DNA from: Geotalea uraniireducens Rf4
GTDB taxonomy: Bacteria > Desulfobacterota > Desulfuromonadia > Geobacterales > Geobacteraceae
Assembly (NCBI RefSeq): GCF_000016745.1
Contig: NC_009483.1
Coordinates: 5,010,001 to 5,042,000, forward strand
DNA length: 32,000 bases
Direction of reading: 5' to 3'
Shown: one piece after another, positions 25,405 to 32,000 of the stretch
How positions within the stretch are numbered: position 1 is the stretch's first letter
How the letters are laid out: every line of letters starts with the position of its first letter
The notes under the pieces: model-generated
Seen by the model: the letters and a program-made list of their open reading frames with translations, nothing else
Told to the model about the DNA's origin: nothing
The model's database searches: none
Made by a program: the position numbers and the translations under genes

Positions 25405-25487
25405 TGTCACATCCGCGATAAAGCATCTTTCATCGACAAAACAATAGTCGGCTGGAGCCATGAAGACCATGAAACGTCCTCTCGATA

Positions 25488-25667
25488 TCAATGCCGATCA
25501 ACACAAAATTTCATGTCTTCCGCGCCTTTATGCAGAAGGATATCGACATTGCCTGCCACGGCCCAGAGTGCACCACAATGTCCGCATTCAAACATGCTCT
25601 GCGCAAAACCGTCTGCGTTCATATTGACTTCGACTCGACTGCTACAAGAACATATAGGACAATTCAT
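25488..25667 (-). CDS. Small zinc-ribbon protein, 59 aa (below the ORF-track cutoff)
   Basis: Hand translation gives MNCPICSCSSRVEVNMNADGFAQSMFECGHCGALWAVAGNVDILLHKGAEDMKFCVDRH, with stop TGA. The pair CPIC...CGHC is a classic CxxC-N21-CxxC knuckle pair. GGAG lies 7 nt upstream of the ATG. The gene sits between sucD and the IclR gene on the same strand. Confidence 0.45.
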   Translation of the reverse strand: MNCPICSCSSRVEVNMNADGFAQSMFECGHCGALWAVAGNVDILLHKGAEDMKFCVDRH

Positions 25668-25795
25668 CAGTATTCTCCATACTTAAGACAGACCTCACTT
25701 CTTCTCTTCGTAGAATGGTCGCTGTTTCATAACATGAGCTTTCGAATCAGCTTTCAAGATAGTTGGTTCCTCTGATTCACACCAAGTCCAACTCG

Positions 25796-26671
25796 CTACT
25801 TCGGCTTATAAATCTTCAGCAGCGCCTGCGCCATCTCGGCCGGGCTTGCCGCCACACTGATGCCGCACTCCTCAAGGACGGCGACCTTCTCGGCGGCTGT
25901 TCCCTTGCCGCCGGAGATGATGGCTCCGGCATGCCCCATCCGCTTGCCGGGAGGAGCGGTGCGGCCGGCGATGTAGGCTGCGACCGGCTTGGTCATGTGA
26001 TCCCTGACGAAGTAGGCGGCCTCTTCTTCGGCGTTACCGCCGATCTCGCCGATCATGATGACGGCTTCGGTTTCGGGGTCCTCTTCGAACATCTTCAGGC
26101 AGTCGAGGTGGCTGGTGCCGTTGACCGGGTCGCCGCCAATGCCGACACAGGTGGACTGGCCAAGGCCATAGCCGGTGAGCTGCCAGACGGCTTCGTAGGT
26201 GAGGGTACCGCTTCTTGAAACAACACCTACTTTGCCTGGTTTGTGGATGTAGCCGGGCATGATGCCGATCTTGCACTGACCAGGGGTGATGACGCCGGGA
26301 CAGTTGGGGCCGATGAGACGGGTCTTTTTCCCCTGCATGTACTGCTTGACCTTGACCATGTCGAGGACGGGGATACCTTCAGTGATGCAGCAGACCATTT
26401 CGATGCCGGCATCAACGGCCTCCATGATGGAGTCAGCGGCAAAAGGCGGCGGGACGTAGATGACGGAGGCAGTGGCGCCGGTCTTTGCTACAGCCTCGGC
26501 TACGGTGTTGAAAACCGGGAAACCGTCGATGTTGGTGCCTCCTTTGCCTGGGGTTACGCCGCCGACCATCTGGGTGCCATACTCCCTAGCCCCCTGGGCG
26601 TGAAAGAGGCCGGTGGCGCCGGTGATCCCCTGGGTGATTACTTTTGTCGCTTTATGTACAAGAATTGCCAT
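25796..26671 (-). CDS. sucD: Succinyl-CoA synthetase (ADP-forming) alpha subunit
   Basis: 291-aa ORF. The N-terminus is [35 protein letters not shown]. The region around the catalytic His is [15 protein letters not shown]. Confidence 0.95.
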   Translation of the reverse strand: MAILVHKATKVITQGITGATGLFHAQGAREYGTQMVGGVTPGKGGTNIDGFPVFNTVAEAVAKTGATASVIYVPPPFAADSIMEAVDAGIEMVCCITEGIPVLDMVKVKQYMQGKKTRLIGPNCPGVITPGQCKIGIMPGYIHKPGKVGVVSRSGTLTYEAVWQLTGYGLGQSTCVGIGGDPVNGTSHLDCLKMFEEDPETEAVIMIGEIGGNAEEEAAYFVRDHMTKPVAAYIAGRTAPPGKRMGHAGAIISGGKGTAAEKVAVLEECGISVAASPAEMAQALLKIYKPK

Positions 26672-26687
26672 CTCTGAACTCTCCTTA

Positions 26688-27851
<1,164 letters not shown>

Positions 27852-27940
27852 TTGCTTACTCCCTAAACTGAATTAAGTACTGCCATTTGTGTGCGGCATT
27901 AAGCCGATATTTGATTTAAAGGTCCCTGAAAACTCCCGAT

Positions 27941-27975
27941 GAAGAAAAAGCGAGGCAGGCCCGTCGACCTGCCCC
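27941..27975 (-). terminator. Candidate rho-independent terminator between the upstream operon and sucC
   Basis: The minus-strand RNA reads GGGGCAGG-tcgacggg-CCTGCCTC, followed by GCTTTTTCTTC. Confidence 0.45.
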
Positions 27976-28018
27976 GAACCACAAATGAAAGGAGTAATGC
28001 TCGGACCGGACAGAACTT

Positions 28019-28163
28019 CTTACAGGCTGTTGAAAAGCGTCATGAGGAGGCCGGGCTGCAAGGCGCAAGCGAGCGAAAAGCCGAGGCGTACCCCTGTACG
28101 TTGAGGTTTTGAGCGAGCGGCAACACCGCAGACCGGCCCCGCAGTAGTTTTTCAGCAGCCTGT
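28019..28163. repeat. REP/MITE-like structured intergenic element
   Basis: The terminal inverted repeats are acaggctgttgaaaa (28022-28036) and ttttcagcagcctgt (28149-28163), matching 14/15. A central hairpin spans 28076-28110 around the loop ccct. The direct repeat (a)gcgagcg flanks that hairpin. The right arm abuts the stop codon of the upstream gene. Confidence 0.4.
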
Positions 28164-28543
28164 TAATCTTCATCCGGCGCCGGATGCACCAGACAGGCAG
28201 CCGATTCCTTCTGGGCCACATCGCCGGTCTTGATCTTGCCGGCAACAACCTCCGCTTCGAAGTAGTGCTCCCCGACGTAAGAGAGGACCCTTATCTTGCC
28301 GACCTCGGTTTTCTTGATGGCACCGTAGGCGTACACTTCCCGGTAAACGGGGATCAAATCACCGATACAGATTGTCTTTTTCACATCCTGCGTACCACTG
28401 TGGAACAGGCGAACTTTTTTCCCCGTTTTCGTCTCCACTTCCCCCCGTAACTCCTGCTGCTGTTTAGTGACTTGAGCGGCCACCGGTGAACAGACCAGTA
28501 TGGTGACTGCCAGAACCAGGAAAAACTTTACAGCTCTTTTCAT
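28163..28543 (-). CDS. Small secreted protein of unknown function
   Basis: I moved the start to the ATG at 28543. It gives MKRAVKFFLVLAVTILVCSPVAAQ, a signal peptide, and is preceded by AAGGAG plus 8 nt. The product is 126 aa. I recognised no family. Confidence 0.55.
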   Translation of the reverse strand: MKRAVKFFLVLAVTILVCSPVAAQVTKQQQELRGEVETKTGKKVRLFHSGTQDVKKTICIGDLIPVYREVYAYGAIKKTEVGKIRVLSYVGEHYFEAEVVAGKIKTGDVAQKESAACLVHPAPDED

Positions 28544-28609
28544 ATCCACATCTCCTTTAAAGTTTGTTGATGTGCCGCCGGATCTGGTAACTGGCAAGTA
28601 TGTTGCCAG

Positions 28610-29485
28610 TTACCAGATGTAGACAAACTTGAAGTGAAAGGCGTTAGTTACGGGGGTGTTTTTCCCGTCAACGCCATAGTCGTATCTAATGGTAAGGCTA
28701 AGCGGATCGCTGAAATGGACCATCAGCCCGCCGCCACAAGAGAGTTCATTACTGACGGAATTGGCAACTGCCGTGCCGGTCACTTGGTCCGTGGTGCTCC
28801 CGGTTGTCTGGTAGTCGACGGCGAGGAACGGCTCCAGATATTGATGGGCGCGGTACCCAAGCCGCAGGTTCGTATGAAATGTGTCTCCCGGATTTACATC
28901 ATTCGCCCCGGTCTGGTGCCTGGTCGATTTGTGGATATAGCCGATCTGGCCGTCGATATCGACGTCGCCCAGCTGCAGATCGCCGAAGATGGTTGTCAGG
29001 CTCCCCCAGGTCTTGTCCGACACCGCGTCAGAGCCCACAGGGATCGACAAAAAACTTTGCAGCCCCAGGGTGCTGTTCTTGCTCGGCTTTATCCAGGCAG
29101 CCAGACCGGTCAACGGATCGCCAAAGCCGGTTGCCGAGACACCGGCTTTCTGGACGCTGATCTCCGGCTGCAGGAACTCCCAGGCAAAACCGACATCGGG
29201 CACTGCTTTAAAGGTAAAGAAGCGGACATACTTGGTAAAACCGACCGCGGTAAAGGTGCCGGGGCCACCGACCCTTTTGCCCGTATTATCAAAGGCCATA
29301 TTGTCGGTCTGAACATAGGAATACTGGGCGACCGCATTGAAGGATTCGTAATTCACCGGCAGGGCGTACTCATGCGGCCCTATGACGTTCAAGGGTATGC
29401 CGGAAGCGACAACGGTCGATGCATAAACGAGTGAGGTGGCGACAATGGCCAGGCACGCAAGTGCTGATTGGCTGAACTTTTTCAT
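28610..29485 (-). CDS. Outer-membrane beta-barrel channel, MetA-pathway-of-phenol-degradation-like (hydrophobic compound transporter family)
   Basis: 291-aa ORF with the signal peptide MKKFSQSALACLAIVATSLVYAS and an alternating beta-strand pattern. The C-terminus is the OMP signature FHFKFVYIW. The overall resemblance to Phenol_MetA_deg-type proteins is recalled from memory. Confidence 0.65.
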   Translation of the reverse strand: MKKFSQSALACLAIVATSLVYASTVVASGIPLNVIGPHEYALPVNYESFNAVAQYSYVQTDNMAFDNTGKRVGGPGTFTAVGFTKYVRFFTFKAVPDVGFAWEFLQPEISVQKAGVSATGFGDPLTGLAAWIKPSKNSTLGLQSFLSIPVGSDAVSDKTWGSLTTIFGDLQLGDVDIDGQIGYIHKSTRHQTGANDVNPGDTFHTNLRLGYRAHQYLEPFLAVDYQTTGSTTDQVTGTAVANSVSNELSCGGGLMVHFSDPLSLTIRYDYGVDGKNTPVTNAFHFKFVYIW

Positions 29486-29573
29486 TAATGGTCCCCTTGC
29501 TGGAATGCAATTTCATAAGAGTGGACAGCGGTGAGTAAACCTGTCCCTTGCCAGCGTTCGTCGTACCGCCGGA

Positions 29574-30638
29574 TCAGTCGAAGTGGATGACCGGCTTCAG
29601 GATGCCGTCGGTCTTGGTCGTCATCATCTCCAGCGCCTTCTCCACATCGGCAAAGGAGAAGTGATGGGTGGTCAACCGCGTCGGGTCCACCCGGCCGTTC
29701 TCGATGATGCGCATCAGCCTCCCCATCCGTTCACTCCCACCGGGGCAGAGGAGAGTCTTGATGGTCTTCTCCCCCATCCCGACCCCCCATTCCAGTCTCG
29801 GAATATTCACGTAGTCACCGTGCCCCCAATAGCCGATGTTGGAGATGGTGCCGCCGGGCCGCGTTACCTTGAAGCAGTTCTCAAACGTAGCCTGGGCACC
29901 GAGTGCTTCCATGGCCGCATCGGCGCCCTGCCCGCCGGTCAGCCTCAAGACCTCGGCAACCACATCCTGTTCCTTGAAGTTGATGGTGACGTCTGCGCCA
30001 TACTCTTTTGCAAGTTTTAGCCGCGATGGCACGCAGTCCACCGCAATTACCAAGCCGGCCCCCAGCAACCGGGTCCCGGCAACCGCCATGAGACCAACCG
30101 GCCCCAGGCCGAAGATGACCCCGGAACCGCCTAACGGGATATTCGCATTCTCCGCCCCCTTGAAGCCGGTAGACATCATGTCGGTGGCGTAACATGCAGC
30201 TTCGTCGGAAACTCCCGCCGGTATCGGAGCCACATTTGCCTCGGCATCGTTGACGTGGAAGTACTCGGCCAGGTTGCCGTCCTTTTGGGTCGTGAACTTG
30301 TAGCCGCCGAGCATCACGGTGCACTGGGAAGGGAAGCCCCGCTGGCAGTTTTCGCATTTGTAGCAGGGAGTGATGGCGTTGACCGCGACCCGGTCACCTT
30401 CCTTGAGCCCCTTGACCGCACTCCCCAGCTTATAGACGATCCCGACCGCCTCATGCCCCAAGACCCGGTCCCTGATTTCTCCGAGCCCACCGGCAACGGT
30501 GTGCACGTCGGAAGTGCAGACCATGGCCAGTGTGGTCTTGATGATGGCATCGTTCGGACCTGGCTCCGGAATGGGCCGCTCGACAATTCCCACATCATTG
30601 ATGCCTTTCATGACAAATGCCTTCATCGACTTTTTCAT
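29574..30638 (-). CDS. Zn-dependent, probably NADP-dependent, secondary-alcohol dehydrogenase (TbADH/CbADH-like medium-chain dehydrogenase)
   Basis: 354-aa ORF. It is close in pattern to the Thermoanaerobacter/Clostridium secondary ADHs:
- KAFVMKGINDVG and CTSDVHTV (Cys ligand).
- LGHEAVG (His ligand).
- KDGNLAEYFHVNDAEANVAPIP and ATDMMSTGF (Asp ligand).
- The Rossmann motif GLGPVGL.
The RBS is AAGGAGAG. Confidence 0.9.
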   Translation of the reverse strand: MKKSMKAFVMKGINDVGIVERPIPEPGPNDAIIKTTLAMVCTSDVHTVAGGLGEIRDRVLGHEAVGIVYKLGSAVKGLKEGDRVAVNAITPCYKCENCQRGFPSQCTVMLGGYKFTTQKDGNLAEYFHVNDAEANVAPIPAGVSDEAACYATDMMSTGFKGAENANIPLGGSGVIFGLGPVGLMAVAGTRLLGAGLVIAVDCVPSRLKLAKEYGADVTINFKEQDVVAEVLRLTGGQGADAAMEALGAQATFENCFKVTRPGGTISNIGYWGHGDYVNIPRLEWGVGMGEKTIKTLLCPGGSERMGRLMRIIENGRVDPTRLTTHHFSFADVEKALEMMTTKTDGILKPVIHFD

Positions 30639-30725
30639 CTTTGCTCTCCTTTTACACCCTTATGCTGCAGGCAATGCTGCAGGCTGTAGACAACCGGCCT
30701 TGGCAAGGAAACTCTGGATAAGATA

Positions 30726-30947
30726 CTAGCCAAACGTGTAGACGGGATTACCCCTTTCATCGTCTGTCAGAAATGTCACCTCCATGCCGATCGTGATAGC
30801 CGTTTTGTCCGAGTACCCTACGACACGAGCCATCCTTTTTTTCATGTTTTCTTCCACCACCGCCAATACGTACGGGGTTATCTCCTGAAAAGCCCCTATA
30901 CCGCTATGCACGACGGAATAGGTATATATGGTGCCGCGCCTCTCCAT
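30726..30947 (-). CDS. DUF35-type OB-fold protein, short form lacking the N-terminal zinc ribbon
   Basis: I set the start at the ATG at 30947. It gives MERRGTIYTYSVVH... and is preceded by GGGGGAGG plus 7 nt, 4 nt after the thiolase stop. The product is 73 aa. It shows the pattern G.iyt.svv......PYvlAvV.....R....v........IGMeV of the DUF35 OB-fold. There is no CxxC pair anywhere, even in the longer 83-aa version. Confidence 0.6.
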   Translation of the reverse strand: MERRGTIYTYSVVHSGIGAFQEITPYVLAVVEENMKKRMARVVGYSDKTAITIGMEVTFLTDDERGNPVYTFG

Positions 30948-30951
30948 TTCT

Positions 30952-32000
30952 CTACCTCCCCCGGAAGATACTGACAACGCAGGTAGCTGCAGTGCCCCCG
31001 ATGTTGTGAGTCAAGCCAATGTCCGCCTTCTTTAACTGCCGTGCATCACCTTCCCCACGCAGTTGGGTAACTATTTCGTAAATCTGGCTTAAGCCCGTTG
31101 CCCCGATCGGATGCCCCTTGGCCTTCAAGCCGCCGCTCACATTGATCGGCATCAGACCATGGGCAGCCGTCTTTCCTTCGGCCACGGCTGCCGCCCCTTT
31201 CCCCTTGGCAAAGAATCCCAGGTCCTCGCTGTTGATTATCTGCGTGATGGTGAAACAGTCATGCACCTCTGCCAGATCGATCTGCGCGGGTTTGATGCCC
31301 GCCATCCCATAGGCCTGCTTGGCGGCATGCACGGTAGCAGCAAAGGTTGTCATGCTCTTTTTGGCCGCCAGGGTCACCGTATCACCAGCCTGGCCACAGC
31401 CGACCACCTCCACCAGGCGCTTCCGACAGACCGCCTTTGCCACGTCGGTCGCCGCCAGCACCACAAACGCGGCCCCATCCGAGACCAGGGAACAATCGAA
31501 AATCGTGAAAGGATGGGCGATCGGCAGGCCGTTCTTCACCTGCTCCACGGTAATCCTCTTCTGCAACTGCGCATCGGGATTGAGCAGGGCGTGATCGTGG
31601 TTCTGCACCGCACACAGTGCCATCTCATCCCGCACATTGCCGTATTCGTGGAAATACCGATTGGCGATCATGGCAAAGATGGAAGGGAATGTGGCGCCAA
31701 GACCAGCCTCCAGCTCCATGTCCGAGGCGCCGGCAAGCCCCGCGGTTACCGCCTCGGTTGACTGGTGGGTCATCTTTTCCACGCCGCCGACCAACACAAC
31801 GTCGTACATGCCTGACGCAACGGCGCTTAAAGCCTGCCTGAATGCCAGACTCCCCGAAGCGCACGCCCCTTCAACCCGGAGCGTCGGCACATTCCCCAGG
31901 CCCAGAACTTCGGCAGCCAGCGGCCCCAGGTGCCCCTGGCCGGAAAATCCTTGCGCGTTGTAGTTGCTCATGAAGAGAGCGCCAATGTCCTCCCTGCCGA
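30952..32000 (-). CDS. Thiolase-like protein (SCP-x / non-specific lipid-transfer-type thiolase family), 5' end outside the window
   Basis: The active-site Cys context is VEGACASGSLAFRQA. The C-terminus has HDCF and NVSGGLKAKGHPIGATG motifs. The reading frame stays open upstream of the listed Met to the window edge (...GREDIGALFMSNYN...), so the true start is beyond 32000. Confidence 0.85.
   Translation of the reverse strand, partial: GREDIGALFMSNYNAQGFSGQGHLGPLAAEVLGLGNVPTLRVEGACASGSLAFRQALSAVASGMYDVVLVGGVEKMTHQSTEAVTAGLAGASDMELEAGLGATFPSIFAMIANRYFHEYGNVRDEMALCAVQNHDHALLNPDAQLQKRITVEQVKNGLPIAHPFTIFDCSLVSDGAAFVVLAATDVAKAVCRKRLVEVVGCGQAGDTVTLAAKKSMTTFAATVHAAKQAYGMAGIKPAQIDLAEVHDCFTITQIINSEDLGFFAKGKGAAAVAEGKTAAHGLMPINVSGGLKAKGHPIGATGLSQIYEIVTQLRGEGDARQLKKADIGLTHNIGGTAATCVVSIFRGR

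Noticed and set aside
25129-25775. Plus-strand ORFs 25129-25686 and 25491-25775
   Set aside because: They are antisense to the IclR N-terminus and to the zinc-ribbon small ORF. They have no RBS and odd composition.
27916-28248. 110-aa minus-strand ORF upstream of sucC
   Set aside because: It runs through the REP-like repeat and overlaps the 3' end of the secreted-protein gene in another frame. Its composition is Arg/Cys/Leu-rich, which makes it probably an artefact of the repeat.

Overview
This is a high-GC chromosomal segment that looks like a Geobacter/Desulfuromonas-type deltaproteobacterium. That assignment is inferred from the MglA, SucCD and OmpA-like protein sequences and from codon style. 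Most of the window is ordinary core or envelope metabolism, mainly on the minus strand:
- mglB (partial) and mglA.
- An OmpA-family porin with two tandem peptidoglycan-binding domains.
- A B12-binding radical SAM gene 30 nt upstream of a 1169-aa DUF748/AsmA-like protein.
- A translationally coupled GNAT-M20 deacylase pair.
- A 3053-aa cyclic beta-1,2-glucan synthase-like giant gene (GT84-like, cyclization and GH94-like domains).
- ytxH, tRNA-Asn(GTT), an IclR regulator and sucCD.
- A thiolase / OB-fold / secondary-alcohol dehydrogenase / outer-membrane channel cluster.

Visibly AT-richer accessory patches interrupt this backbone:
- ~9.8-11.1 kb: small genes.
- 20.3-20.9 kb: a 221-bp MITE-like palindromic element with perfect 22-bp terminal inverted repeats and a 7-bp flanking duplication.
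- 21.6-24.6 kb: an islet next to tRNA-Asn that carries an apparently intact IS3-family element with an A9 -1 frameshift site.

Two plausible small genes fall below the 60-aa ORF cutoff, a 59-aa zinc-ribbon protein and a 50-aa Lys-rich protein. Both were found by hand translation.

I see no CRISPR array, cas genes, reverse transcriptase, restriction-modification or other recognisable defence system. The most unusual items are the giant glucan-synthase locus (N-terminal extension, AT-rich Cys-motif membrane partner, MITE in its upstream region) and the radical SAM-AsmA-like pairing. Both are hypotheses, not demonstrated novelties.
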